From contig OX597814.1 of assembly GCA_951406725.2 (NCBI GenBank), positions 117,614,001 through 117,678,000 on the forward strand: a stretch of DNA of 64,000 nucleotides, given 5' to 3'. Both the position numbers and the translations under genes were made by a program. Shown piece by piece: positions 13,555 through 28,079 of the stretch (within the stretch, counting starts at the first letter, position 1; each line of letters begins with the position of its first letter). The stretch is from Octopus vulgaris (taxonomy: Eukaryota). Below the pieces are notes generated by a model that was not told where the DNA came from, ran no database searches, and saw nothing but the letters and a program-made list of their open reading frames with translations.

Positions 13555-13978
13555 ATAGAATGCACCCCCCCCCCCCCCAAGGTAGATACAGAATGACTTT
13601 ACCAGCCAAGAAAAGTAGGTAGCCGTGGACAGTTACAACTGGAATTAACAATGAAGATTGCTACAATTGGCCTGAAAAACCTCTGATGACTGGTTGTGAA
13701 ATCTTGACTTGAAGTACGAAAATAAGAAACCATCATACTCAGTAATAAAACATATAATAAAATATATAAATGAATTCCAAATACAACAAATCTCAGAATT
13801 AAACGTGCTCGAAATAAGCATAGAAAAAAGCAAAGCGTGTGCAGACGTGTGTAAAAAGTGCTGTTTTAGATATTATTACTGATAAATAAGAGCACCCTCC
13901 ACCTGGCAAATACTCTATGAGAGCTAATAATTCCGATGTTGACAAAGTCCTTATCCATCAATGGTTAGGGGTCTCTAA
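13555..13978 (+). mobile_element. Third, more decayed R4/Dong fragment
   Basis: Nucleotide similarity to 12190-12630 (GATACAGAATGACTTTA, GATGTTGACAAAG). Confidence 0.8.
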
Positions 13979-13996
13979 CATAATTTAAGAAAAACC

Positions 13997-14046
<50 letters not shown>

Positions 14047-14094
14047 CAGAGGAAGAAAATTTGGCAGGACAATTAAATATAGAGTCAGTTCTTA

Positions 14095-14745
14095 AAGAAT
14101 AAAGATGAGATTCGTTGGAATAGAATGACTGCAGAAAGTGAGTGCTGTAAGCTCGCATAACGCGAATACAAACGGAGGCGCGATAATGTACCCAGATATG
14201 TCCACTAGCTGTTGTGCACCAATGTAAACCTCGAGAGAGCTGAACAACGATATGAACACAAGCCAGAGGGATTCAGGGAAAACGAACATTAAAAAATACA
14301 TGAAATGCGACCAAGTCATAGACTCAAGACGACCAAATATCGTGCCCACCCACAGATTTGAAAAATAAGCAAAGATAAAAGATGCTGCAATACCAGGCGT
14401 TCCGAGGATGAAATGTAAGGAAAAAGAAAGGATTGAGAAATACCAGCCACTACGGGGCGAGATAGGAAAGTTGTAGGGCATGAGAATAATAGTGGTGATA
14501 ACAGTGGTAATTGAATCGTTAGCTGCAACTTCCAGGGGATTTTAAAAACATATTAAAGAATACTGGAGCTGCAAAATGGTTCGAGGTGTTCCAGAAAAAA
14601 GTATTGTTGGGTGCAGCTCGCATTCTAAAGGAGTGTATTGCCTCTTTGTGTCACAGCAGAAGGCACTACTTGAAACCTTTGTTGATTTGTTGTTGCCGAC
14701 ATCCAAGTAAAGAACAACTGGTAATTTTTAAAAACCAGCTGCAGT
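14095..14745 (+). mobile_element. Decayed REL-endonuclease LINE 3' fragment
   Basis: Remnants R(H)DN, RRPNIV, KIEKYQPL, FQKKVLLGAARIL; followed by (GCA)n/(GTA)n. Confidence 0.6.
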
Positions 14746-14774
14746 TAGTAGTCGCAGCAGCAGCAGCAGCAGTG

Positions 14775-14831
<57 letters not shown>

Positions 14832-15459
14832 CAACTCCATTGTTATGGTATATAAATATATGTTATAATCGCTTTCAGAATGATTCCTATCGAACAACTT
14901 TTCGGACTCACGAACTTTCTATATTCTACAGAACAGTCTCTTTGTTCTTCATATTTGTTCCTCATTTCTATCGAAAATTTTCCAGACGACTCCTGCTGCA
15001 CCAAACGCACATTTTTATTTATGTGGAAAGAAGCATAGGCAGAGGAATAATAGATAGCCCTTAAATCCTCCCTGTGTTGTAAAATGTTATTGCACTAAGT
15101 AATATCTCTACAATTTGTCGATTAATATGTATTACGCATAGGTGAGATTTTGAAGAGCTTTCACCAAAGCATCAAATACAAAGTACAAATATCGAATGCC
15201 ATTCGAGATATTGGCAGGATTAGAACTATTTCTTTGACTCCTTATTGAAAATCGAATATATTACCCGAAATCATGTCCTGGAGATCAAAAACACACCATA
15301 TTTCTAGAATTATTTCAGATGCTGTATTAAATTTTTTCGTTGATTTCTATAGCATGATTATTTCCAGAGTTATTTTAATTTTGCAGTAAAATTTATTTTA
15401 ATTTGCCGTAAAATTTGTATATTTATGTATGCATGTATTTATGTATGTATTTACAATAG

Positions 15460-15614
15460 GGTTCTTTCAGGTTCTGTCTATCAAATCCAATCACAACTCT
15501 TTGGTCGGCCCGAGGCTATAGTAGAAGACACTTGCCGAAGGTGCTACGCAGTGGGACTGAGCCCGGAATCATGTGTTTGGTAAGCAAGCTAATTACCACA
15601 CAACCACTCCTGTG

Positions 15615-15618
<4 letters not shown>
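15460..15618 (-). mobile_element. SINE family A, 5' (tRNA-like) half
   Basis: GGGACTGAGCCC (B-box complement) and AAGACACTTGCC match the other copies. Confidence 0.85.
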
Positions 15619-15685
<67 letters not shown>

Positions 15686-15690
<5 letters not shown>

Positions 15691-15924
15691 GAAATGAAGA
15701 AAATGCTGACAAAATAATTTAAGTTAGGGAGATAGAGTTCCTTTCTGATAGATTTTTTTCTCTTATCTGAGAAAAAAAATCTATCAGAAAGGGACTCTAT
15801 CTCTCTTTAAAAATATCTTTTGATAAGCATAACAAATGCGCAACCGGTAAAAAGAACTTTCACCTAACTAAATACACTCTACCTTACTTAAATTATTTTG
15901 TCAGCATTTTCTTCATTTCCTTTT
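15686..15924. repeat. Fold-back insert with 38-bp outer inverted repeats and an internal hairpin
   Basis: 15686-15723 is the perfect reverse complement of 15887-15924; inner hairpin 15726-15762 / 15769-15806. Confidence 0.85.
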
Positions 15925-15961
15925 TTTATATATCACAACTCGTGTTCCACATCTCCTTTTT

Positions 15962-16018
<57 letters not shown>

Positions 16019-16240
16019 TACGGAGATGTACTTGCATAGCGAGTGACTTTATCTGAGATCGTGAGCAGGAACGAAAACAATTGCAGCGTGGAAGGTGTTC
16101 ACTGACAAAACTTCATGCAGCACGAAGTTTTGTCAGTAAACAGGGGATATTTTGACAAATTAAATTTAAATGCTGAAGTGAATCTAACAGTTTTTGTGTG
16201 TTTCTTAAATGGGTTATAAACACCTTCCACGCTGCAATTG

Positions 16241-16277
<37 letters not shown>

Positions 16278-17106
16278 GTGTGTGTGTGTGTATGTGTGTG
16301 TGTGTGTATAAACATATACATATACATATTGATAGATAGGAATAGAGAAAGGGGACAGAGAGAAGGGAGACAGATACAAACTGACAGTGATGACAACTGA
16401 GACAGAGAAATTGAGAGGTTGAGAGAATGATAGATAGATACATATAAGTATAGTTATATAGACATAGATATAGATATATATTATCATTATTATATTTGCG
16501 GCTGTAATGGAAGATGCTAATACCTTCAAATATTTGTTACGGCAAGTGATATTCAATTGAATATCGAAATGATCGAATGATTCGTAAATATGTAGATTTA
16601 CCTGCAGGGTTTCATTCATTTCTTAATTTTTGTCAAAAACGTATTCAATATGGAGTAAGGTAGCAAAGAATAAATTGCACATTTTGAAATGAATAAGCAA
16701 TTAAGCTAAAGGGCTTTTGACATTTCAATGAGGGTATTTTATTCAACTGTGAAGAGAATTGAATAAAACGTAATTCAAAATCAATATAAATGGAAAGTAT
16801 ATAAGGTATGATAGTCACAACTGACGTTTTTCATGTCCCGATATTAAAATTGATGTGCAGCTTTGTGAATGATTACGTACTGTATCATAAATATTGGCTA
16901 AGCTTAACAAAACTTTATCTTTATTTTCCCAGTATATCAATGTATTACTGTCATTTTAGAGTTGCAGTTCTTGCTATTCATACACTGTTATCATATACAA
17001 ATAGACTTCATTAAAATATACGCTTATATCTAGAATTTATTTTTCTTTCTTATTGGGTAAGTCAACAAATTCAATATTGTCAATTATAACATAGATATAA
17101 TTATAA

Positions 17107-17970
17107 TCTCTTATTATAAAAGGCAGATTTTATCTGCCTCCCTTTGTCTCTTATAGAAATCTACAATATAGGATTTCTTCAATTACAATTTACCTAGCAT
17201 TTTTAAGAGTAGAATGCATCGGGTCGTGCCAGGTCCAGTTTTTAAAATTTCAACCCCAATTAAGCAAAATTTAGAGAAAACTCACATTGTGGTGTGTGAG
17301 TCAAGTGCTTTTCTTAGTGTGGGCTATAGCACACGCACACACACACAAAAAGGGAGCGATCTGATTCACTCACGCTATCACTCTAATTTCTACGACTTTC
17401 TCTTTGCAAGTTTGCAACGATTAAAGTGAAACTATTTCGATAAAACGAGAGAAGTGTACCTTAAACCACTACTAAAAAAACACAGCAAACAGAAACAAAT
17501 AAATACATAACGATTTACTCCTCACACAATTTCTTCAATTAGAGTTTACCCATGATTTTTCAAAGTACTTCCATTGGGTCATGCCATACAAAATTTGTTT
17601 CAATTTTACCCCCAATTAAGACAAAATTCGAGAAAACTCAATATTTTAACATTTCACTCCGAAAGCATTGATGTACATGTGTGCGTGCGTGAGTGTCTGT
17701 GTGTCATTCCTCACACACACGCATACACATATATATATGACAGTGACAAACATAAACTTTTCAAACAACTACATACAAACACGTGTGTGTTTGTTATTAG
17801 TAAAAAAGACGCCAAAACACAACTCACTTCTCATTCCAACACATTTGCAAAGACACACGGACGGTCGAAATGCTATAACAATACAGAAAAAGTAAATTGG
17901 TTTTTATTTTACTTTCTGTCGTTAAATTTTGGTAGTATTAATTGGCGAGCCGAGCTTGCAGTATGAAACA
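17107..17970 (+). mobile_element. Probable non-autonomous Helitron-like repeat (5' part)
   Basis: Starts A|TCTCTTATTATAAAAG, like the 5' end of the Helitron at 18144; internal duplication near 17250 and 17605. No 3' end of its own was found. Confidence 0.4.
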
Positions 17971-18143
17971 GTGTTTATGTATAAACAGCCGACACTTATA
18001 TATAGTTATTAATAAATGTATGCATCCGTTTAAAAGAAAAACCAAAAAATATTTTATTCTTTATAAATGTTGTGTTCAAAATAACATTTTCTTTTAAGAA
18101 TGTGTATATAACAAAGTATGTGTATATAACTACGTGGCTTATA

Positions 18144-18543
18144 TCTTTATATATAAAAGTGAAGTTGTGTGTCTGTCTCCTACGATTTAGATTCCTAACT
18201 ACTCCCACATTTTGCGGTGCAGTGTAACCAAAACCGGGTATCTTATAGTCGTGATTCATATCGAGCCCTTCTGGGTATTAGCGTGCGTCTACGATGAGTC
18301 TACGATTTAAAAAAAAAATTACCATGATATTTTTCCATTTTAATGCATTTTTTTCGCTATTATATAAGGGAAGTAACTCTCTAAAAATATCTACGATGTG
18401 TCAACGATTTAAAAGAAAAATTTACCTTAATTTCTTTTCCATTTTTAATGCATTTTTTTGCTATTTTTTGGCTATAACTCTCTAAAAATGCTTATATAGT
18501 TATTTCCCTTACAAACCCGAGCAACGCCGGGCGATACTGCTAG
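18144..18543 (+). mobile_element. Non-autonomous Helitron
   Basis: A|TC 5' end, subterminal GC hairpin CCCGAGCAACGCCGGG, CTAG|T 3' end, no TSD. Confidence 0.8.
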
Positions 18544-19335
18544 TGATTAACTATAAGTAAAAGTGTATGTGTCAGTTATATTAGTATAGTCTTTGTATAA
18601 TTCAATGTAATTTTCGCCCATTATTATATTCCATATACAGAATCTTTTCTCTTTCCATCTTTGCAATACAACCCCACAAGATCCTGAGGAAGATGTCGTG
18701 TAGTTAGCGCTATTACAAACATTGGACATATTTATAGTGACAATAAACAATACTAATAAAATGGAACACCATTGTATTAGGGGAAATAAGTCATAACTCC
18801 AATGTATTTAATGTAAAGCATTAAGTATTATTCTCGTTACCAAATTATTTGGGAAGATAACTGAGCTAGAAATCATTGAGATGGAATATAGATTAGAAAA
18901 ATTTGAGAAACTTCAACTAGGAGTTGTTTTTAAAAGATGCGGTGCATGGGTATGTGAAAGGAATACCACAGTTTATTTAATCGAATTTAAAAGTTGAAAG
19001 TTAACGCCGGACAAATTTAGTGTATTTTTAATACATGTCAGCCTTCATCTCCAAGATCAAGAATTCCAGACCTAGTTAGAAACATTCCAATTCCTGTATT
19101 GCGTATGGATTAAGCATATTCGTATTGACCGACTACGTAGATCGTATAACATTTGCTGCAAATTACACTGAAGAATTTTAGATATCTCTCATTTTAGACA
19201 TCAGTTGCTGAACAAATACAACTGTAATGGTATAAATGAACATAAATTCGATATCCTTTTAATACCTGAAGTCCAAACGCACCAATGCCGAGGCCGTTAT
19301 GAGACCAGCCCTGCTAGAAATAACTGCAACTTAAG

Positions 19336-19497
19336 GTGGCGGGCTGGCAGAAACGTTAGCACGCCGGACGAAATGATTAGCGGTATTTCGTCTACTGTTA
19401 CGTTCTGAGTTCAAATTCTGCCGAGGTCGACTTTGCCTTTCATCCTTTTGAGGTCGATAAATTAAGTACCAGTTACGCACTGGAGTCGATGCAATCG
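19336..19497 (+). mobile_element. SINE family B
   Basis: GAAACGTTAGCACGCCGG...GAGTTCAAAT (B box)...GAGGTCGACTTTGCCTTTCATC, shared with 27761 and 31626. Confidence 0.8.
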
Positions 19498-22400
19498 ACT
19501 TAATCTCTTTGTCTGTCTTTGTTTGACCCCTCTATGTAGGCAATAAAGAAATAAGAAATTACTGCAACAGCATTGGATGGAAGTGGAAGGGCATTAACTG
19601 TGGTAGTTACTATTTACTTAACCATATCTGTGTTCTACGCTTCAAAGTCTGATGTTGAACTAAAAAACAAAAGAAGATATCAAATCGAATAAAGAACCTG
19701 TAAAAACAAATAATTGTTGAATGATATTTCAGCCATTGAAATAAAATCTAATTCAGCAAGTTGATTTAAGAAACTAAATATTTTGTTTCTGTTTCGTTCA
19801 GGCACTCCGTTCCTTCGTAAAATTAAAAAAGGTAATAACTACGTTAAAAGGTAGAAAATCCCGATGGGATATAAACCGTTTATACATTGGTCATGCTAAG
19901 AAGAATCTGAAACGAAAATTACACACTCGCAAGTAAGCCTGGAAACCATTCAGCTGACATATGCTTGTATTAAATTGCGATAATAAGGGATGATTTAAAA
20001 TGATTATTGTATCTGTCAATACAGCTTGCAACACTGAACGGGGAAGTTGTAAATAGCATATGAAAAGTAAATAAAAATCAAACAATGCAATACCATGATA
20101 TTGAATTTCTCACATACTCTGGTGTCACTCAATAAACATTTTAACCGTTACATGTTTTTATGCTAATCGATAATGTCAGACGTTTGCACAAAATATATTC
20201 CAAAGGGTGGCAAGGCTAATATGTTCGTACGGGTTTCTGCATAAAATAGAATGTGATGTATAGTTGGACTATGTGACGTGTTCTAAGAAAACTAACAGCT
20301 ACAAAAGATATCGAAATAAGATGTTAAACTAAATATCAGTAATTTAAAGGATGGAGTGGTAGTGATGGGAATACATATGCAATAAATTAGAAACAATTAT
20401 TTAGTTTTCTTACATATTTCACATAAGGAAGACATAAGATTTATTATGCTTGGAATATATAGGAAATCGAGGAGCCTCAATAATTTGATTTCTCTCCGTG
20501 AAGGTTTTGTTACTAAAATATAATAATGAAATAGACAATAAGTGTTAGGTAACAGTAAATATACTGAAAAGAAAATCGTACTTATAATTAAAAAGCGCAC
20601 GTATGTGAATGCAAACATTTGTAATGTAAAATAACTTATCTAGCTGACAATGGAAAATATGATGGAAAAATAATTAGACCAAGAAAGGCCGAAATCACGC
20701 GATTGCTAGTCTCGCCACGGCAATGGCGTTGATTTGATTCTTGATAGTGATGAAAACAAGGATGCATATATGTACCAAAAGACCATACGAGGGACTTTTC
20801 AGGGTAAATTTCTCAGCATGATGTGTTCTAACACAACATCCACCTTTCATTTAGGATAACTATTACATAATTGTAATATTTTTAATGTGAATTAAATTTC
20901 GAAAACTTTTAAATAGGAACGGTTATTTGAAAATATCCTCAAGGGTAGTATTTGACCGTTTAGCACGCTAAGAAATGCCACAGAAGCTACAATTCCTATT
21001 TGTGTGTTTATGTAGGAAGTAAATATTTCGGATGTTATGATGATCTGTAATGTAAACCGATATTTTCTGCCAAAACAGTTATATATAAAAACCACTGATA
21101 ATTATATGTGCAATATCCATACTATATCTATATATATTAGGTAGTTGGTTAATATATATCTATATATATTATGTTGTATATTGTATGGTAATATCCATAC
21201 AATATCAATATATATTATGTAGTTGGTTAAGCATGTTCACTAAATATATTTTATTTACACATACAGTGATGTTTGAAATCGCGACAGCTATTGTGTAGTG
21301 TATCATATATTGTTAAAATCGGTCTTTGGAAACTTTAGACATATTAGTGCGCAGATTATTACGGTTTCCGTGATATATCATGGAATGAATATCCTCAAAG
21401 GAAGGCTAGTCCTATGCAACGTTAATTCCTGCTTTTCCTGATATTCATTTTTATTCGAGTCGACTGAAGTATCATAAAAGGAAATAGAATGAAAACCAAC
21501 ACGTTCAGTAATACGTATTGATACATATGTTCTATTTATTTATTGGCATACTACTCGTGAGCTGAGTGCAATTTTCTTATTTAATTCCCTGTTATTTATG
21601 CACCGTATCTACAAATACTAAACCGTCTTTTATAATTTGGAGAAAACTGAGATTGTAGAATGATTTACAAATCATTCAATGGATATAATTCACCTGAGGA
21701 ACCCCTCGTATGAAATCCAATATGAATACAATAATCTATTTTGTTGTTCAATATTAATATAGTGCAAGATATCTCACAGAAAAATTTTCTGGAATATTGT
21801 CACGTAGAAAATGCAATTTCCTTTGGTAGTGTATGTGCATTTGCACAGCGGTTTGATTGAATGGGTCTAAAGTTGTTATAATTAACAACTACAGATTACG
21901 CTTATATTGCAGCTGTAAACCTGTGAATACACAAAATTTACAGTCCAATAACAGCTTATGTACTGAGACAATAATAATAAACTATAATAACGAAGAATAT
22001 TACAAAACTTATATTTAAATTGGCCATGTGATAATGTATGAAAACATGTAAAACTCTTACTTTATCGAATTATACATGGAGAAATGTAGATCGTTGTGAG
22101 CGTTGCTTTTTTGCGCAGAATTAGTCAGCTATCATTTCATACAGGAGGTGACTGAAATGTAATTAATACATGTACGGTATTAATTGCTGTTAACGTATAT
22201 ACTTCCATATTCAGCAAGATCAAAGTAGTGTCATGTAATGCAATCCAAACGAACAAGCAGCTGAAGCATAGCACGTTGTCCTCGTATTTAAATATTCATC
22301 AAAAATATACTGTGATCGATAAACGCTTCGCATTTGTTTTAGGTACATGAAACAGCTCCCGAGAGACTACGTAACAGTGAATAACGAGAGAGAGAGGGGG

Positions 22401-22560
22401 GTAGAGAGGGGATGGAGAGAGGAAGGGAAGAAATGAAGGTAGGGATACTAAAGGAAGAGACAAAGGAGATTATTGCAGCATTGCAACAGAACCATGTGTG
22501 AGTGTGTGTGTGCGTGTGTGCATATATATACACAGAGATACACACACATATAAATATTTG

Positions 22561-22600
<40 letters not shown>

Positions 22601-22675
22601 GATACATATAAGTATGCATATAGATATAAATAGATGTATATATATGTTTGTTTGTATGTATGTATGTATGTACTT

Positions 22676-25600
22676 ACTTTGATACTTTGATAGGTTTCGG
22701 CCATTATTGGCCCAGGCCATGTCTAACTTAATAGCACCACCTGGTGAAGTCTTTCAAGTCAGAATTTGGGCACTATGGCCCACTCAAGTAGAGAGTTATT
22801 GTTTACAGAGACATATCCGGGTGTAGGGGGTTTATCCGGGATTTCTTGAAGGAATCTGTCCAAAGACTTCTTGAACCCTATAGGGTCAGTTTCTGTTTTA
22901 ATGTGTTTTGGTGTAATGTTAAAGAGAGCGGGGCCAATTGAGGTGAAATAATTGTGCCGTATTGTTGTTATGAGATGAGAGTGCGATTTTTGTTTTGGGC
23001 GGATGGCACGGGGCCCAAGCCTTGGATGTACCTTAAAGGTGATGCCAACATCATTTGGGCAATGCTGATGGAATATTTTCCACATCATGCAGATGATGTA
23101 GCGCTCACGACGACGTTGGAGAGAATAGAGTTTTAGCTTTTCTAGTCGACCCCAATAGTCGAGGCCTGTCATGCCATCTATCTTTTTTGTGATTGCCCTT
23201 TGAGGTGCTTCGACTTTTATGATACCTTGTATTGTGTGGGGAGACCACAGTGGACAACAGTATTCAAGGTGGGGTCGGGCAAAAGTGGAGAAGAGAAGGA
23301 TAATGGTGTGGATATCTCTCGACTGGAAAGTTCTGAGAATCCAGGAACACATTCTGCGGGCCATGTCAACTTTGGTGTTTATATGAGTGGCCCAGCTTAC
23401 GTTGTTGTCCACAATTACTCCCAAGTCTCTGATGTTGTTGGACGCCGCGAGAGTTTCACCTGAAGGAAGGGAGTATGGGAGTTTCAGGGCATCCTCTTTT
23501 CCAAAGTGGATTAGCTCAAATGTATCCTCGTTCAGCAGCATATTGTTTTTTTCTGCCCATTGGATAACAGCCAGTAGATCTGACTGAAGGCATGTCCGGT
23601 CACTCGCCTCATTTATGACCTTCTGTAGCTTGGAGTCATCTGCAAAGATTTTTATGTTGCTGTGCTTGATGATGTCATTAATGTCATTAATGTAAATGAT
23701 GAAAAGAAGTGGGCCCAGCACAGTGCCTTGCGGAACGCCACTACTGACTTTGGCTGGGCTTGATTTTACCCCTTCAACTACAACATGTTGAGATCTGTCT
23801 GTCAGGAAACACTTAATCCATTTCAGTAACTTTCCAGAGACACCAATGTTGGATAGTTTTTTCAATAGGATCTTGTGATCGACCCTGTCGAAGGCCTTAC
23901 TGAAATCAAGGTAGATGACATCGGTGTTGGAGCCCTCTCCCAAAGCTCTTAAAATGTCCTCAAAGTGATGCAGGAGCTGCGTTAGGCAGTCCCTTCCATT
24001 ACGGAACCCATGTTGGTTGGAGATCAGCCGTCTGTTGCTTTCCAGAAATTGGGTTATTTGAGATCTCACCACCCTCTCAAATACCTTGATGATATGAGAG
24101 GTGAGTGAGATCGGACGGTAATTCACTGCAAGGGACTTGTTTCCCTTTTTGAAAACTGGGACAACAGACTGGGACAGAAGGTTTTTTGGAATATAGCCAG
24201 CATCCAGTGAGTTTCTCCACAGATTAGCAAGGGGAGATGCAAGTTGGTGTCGACACACCTTCAGGACACAAGCAGGGAACCTATCGGGGCCTACTGCTGA
24301 ATTGTGTTTTATTTCGTTTATCGCCGCTAAGACATCAGGGGTACTAAACGTTATGTCCGATATAGTGTGTTGGGGGTTGACATCACTGATACAGCCCAGA
24401 TCGGCCATATCAGGATTGCTGAAAACGGAGCAGTATTGTTTCTGCAGTATCTCGGCCATGGATTTGGCATTATCTTGGAGAGTGCCAGTTTCGTCAATTA
24501 GAGGGCCTACAGTGGAGACAGTGACCCTGCGTTTCCTCGCAAATGAAAAGAACACTTTGGGGTTGAGTTTGATTTTTTCAATGGCCCACTTCTCCTCAGC
24601 TGATCTTTGGTTATTGATGAGGGACTTCATGCATTGTTGGAGGTTATATTTTTTGGATTCAAGCAGTGCGATAGCCGTCGAATGTGTGTGTTGCTGTTGG
24701 CAGTACTTTAGTTTGTTAATTTTTTTGTTTGTTCTTTTTATTTTTCTGATAATGGTTTTTCTGTTTTGGGGGATTCTGCACTTTTTGTTCACAGGTCTTG
24801 GTGGGGAGTGTTTTGCACATATGTCTGTGACGGTGTCTACAAAGATCTGCCAAGATGTTTTATGGTTGGTGGAGATGTGTGTATGTGTAAAGGACCAGTC
24901 AACATTTGATAGCTCGTTCCTGATTGCATCCCAGTTGGCTTAATGGAGATCCATGTTGTCAAATGGGTGGGCTGGAGGAAGGTCACTAGGATTAGCTTTC
25001 GGCTGGTGTAATTTCATGTTACAGAGAACCATGTCATGGTCTGAAAGAAGGGTTTTTTCCACTGTAACGTTATGTATAGTGTTAGTGTGGTTACTAAACA
25101 CTAGGTCCAAAATGTTCTGATGTCTTGTTGGTGCAAGGACAAGTTGGGACAAGAAAAACTCATTCGTAAAGTCGAAAAGTGACTCTGCTGCTTCTTTGTC
25201 AGCGGTTGAGGCGGGAGTGCTTGGTTTCAAACAGTTTGTAGTCCAGTCAACACAGGGTAGATTGAAGTCTCCCATCATGAGTATGTTGCTAGAATGGCAC
25301 TGTTGAATAAAGCACTTAATGCTGTTGAGGCATTCTTTAAAGCACAGTATGGGTGTTTGGGGCGGCCTATAGAGCCCAATTACTGTCAGGTCATTGGCTT
25401 TGTTGTGCACGGTGACTGATTCACAGTAGCCGTTGGAGAATATACTATTTCCATCTGCCGTAAATGAATCATGCAGGAAAATGGCAGTTCCACCCTTCCT
25501 CCTGCCGATACGATCCGCGCGGATGGTTGTGAAATTCTTCACTCTCACTTCGGCTTCCAAGTGGGAGTTGTCAAGGTGGGTCTCAGTGAGAATGAAGAAA

Positions 25601-25752
25601 GGGATGTGGTGTGAATGGTTACCAACCCAGTCTTCAATGAATTGGACCTTCCATTTTTGTGCATTGATGGAAGGGCTGACACCTTGTGCATTGAGTAGGA
25701 ATGTGGAGGTTAGTGTAGTGGCTGGTTTTGACTGTTGCAGGGGGCTTGGATT
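22676..25752 (-). mobile_element. Young CR1-group LINE, ORF2 (APE endonuclease + RT) with one premature stop
   Basis: LTETHL, GDFN, SDH (APE); YRPISL, QHGF, YLDFSKAFD, GVPQG, FADD (RT). ORFs 24940-25827 and 22759-24792 are in the same frame, separated only by TAA at 24940-24942. (TATCAAAG)2 tail; inserted in (TATG)n. Confidence 0.95.
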
Positions 25753-25904
25753 TATGTATGTATGTATGTACATGTATGTATGTATGTATGTATTTATGTA
25801 TGTATGTATGTATGTATGTATGTACATGTATGTCTGTATATATGTAAGTATATATATGTATTTGTGTATAAGTGCGTATGCATATTTATGTCTATATATT
25901 TAAG

Positions 25905-25939
<35 letters not shown>

Positions 25940-26000
25940 TTATATGTATATATATATATATATATTTACATATTTATATGTGTGTGTATATGTGTGTATG

Positions 26001-26054
<54 letters not shown>

Positions 26055-26590
26055 AGTGAGAGAGAAGAGGATAGAGAGGGAGAAATAAATATAAGGGTGA
26101 TTCATTCTTTCGTTATTACACAAATAATATTGGTACAAAGTATGTTTATTGGTTTGAGATATATGAAGACTTGTGCTTTCTGTTGAGCAGTTCATTAATA
26201 ATGATATTAGATACTTGTAAATCCAACTTCAATTCATAGCCTGACACAGCCTATAAAGGAAACTGCAATGTACGTCTTTAAATGCAATCCTATGTTATGA
26301 AAATCTGTGTAAATATATTAAACCGGTCTATAAGATATATGTATTGATTTTTACATCACCTTCAAATATAGACGTTCTACACGTTCTTTTGTTTTACATT
26401 TATTCAACAAATAATAGACTGCATAATATATGCCACACTGGCCAGACATGTTGCGTAACATGCGAGATTTTTCTCAGTTAAGATATGCAATATACTGAAA
26501 AAAACATTAGGAAACGTGGGTTATGCCCATTAATTTTGGCTGCAAAGTGAATTGCTTTACGCATTTATGCCGATATGCAGATAGGTTGCG

Positions 26591-26648
<58 letters not shown>

Positions 26649-27760
26649 TAGAGAGAGAGAAAGAGAGGGAGCGAGTGAATGAGATATACAGCGTGGGAAC
26701 ATTGTATGTACGAGAAAATATAAAATGGTGAGTAGGGAAAAGAATTCAGTGAAGGTAACCTCTTTTAAAAAATCATACTGCATTTGATGTAAAAAACCCA
26801 GATTTTATTGCATTCTGAAGATGCTGTATAGATTCTCTTCAAATGTTTGAGGTTTACGAATTCCTATAAAACCGTTAACTGACAACATTTCTTTTACTCA
26901 CTATCGTGAAAATAGTAAATATTCCAAGAAAATAATAAAATACTACGTGTTTTTTTTCTCTTGCTCTCTTGTTTGTTGTGGTTTTTGCTTTTCTTCTTCT
27001 TCTCCTCCTCCTCCTCCTCCTCCTCCTCCCCTCCTCTTTCTCTGCATTATACTTTCGAAAGTCTCCTGAAAAGGTATTTCATATTCAATGGTGACTTTAC
27101 TTACTAGTCTGTTCAGGTGACACTAGAACCTTTGTGGTTTACACCCACATCTACTTTTAAAGTATTCTCACTTCTCACTTCGGGAGACACCAGTCTTAGT
27201 ACATTAAACAGTCGGCAATAGATGAGTGGCGCTTTGTTTTATCGACACAGGAACGTTAACTGCATGGTTTGCCTCATCGTGATTTGAGCTCACATCTTAA
27301 ATCATCGAAATAACCCAGCAGCATATATATGTTTGGTCAGAAACTAATAATACTAACACTTCTGTTATGTCGTTAGTTATAACCTAACCGCTAATATGCC
27401 CAATAAACTGATAGCAACTCACACAATATCAAGCGTCATACGACAGGTTTTCATTCGACATATTTGATGGCATTCGTTTATTAGCAATAATAACCAGAAA
27501 CTTTCTTAATACCAGAGAGAAATATCTTAATTTATTGAAAACTTCATGTTCAGTATTTATGAACATAAATGAAGGATTGGCAATAAAAACAAAAACGCTA
27601 GAATGGATGGTGAATAGCAATAATTTCCGCTGTTGTATTCCCTAAAGTTTAACTTGAGATAAAGCATTGTGAAAAACGGTATTATCCAGTCAATTTTCTA
27701 AATTCCCTTTTAGACTTTCCACTGTTTATGACTGCATTATCCACTGACTCCAATTTTGTT

Positions 27761-27980
27761 GGTGGGAGAAACGTTAGCACGCCGGGCGAAACGCGTAGCC
27801 GTATTTTATCTGCCGCTACGTTCTGAGTTCAAATTCCGCCGAGGTCGACTTTGCCTTTCATCATTTCGGGGTCGATAAATTAAGTACCAGTCACGCACTG
27901 GAGTCGATGTAATCGACTTAATCCGTTTGTCTTTCCTTGTTTTTCCCCTCTTTATTTAGCCCCTTGTGGTTAGTAAAGAA
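27761..27980 (+). mobile_element. SINE family B
   Basis: Same head, B box and body as 19336-19497. Confidence 0.85.
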
Positions 27981-28009
27981 ATATATATATATATATATAT
28001 GTACGAATG

Positions 28010-28077
<68 letters not shown>

Positions 28078-28079
<2 letters not shown>

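Noticed and set aside
20100-20900. Possible ancient tyrosine-recombinase (Crypton-like) relic ending LHNCNIFNVN*
   Set aside because: Too decayed; no catalytic motif could be read.
24302-24943. 213-aa plus-strand ORF and other ORFs antisense to LINEs
   Set aside because: Antisense shadows of LINE ORF2 with no independent motifs.
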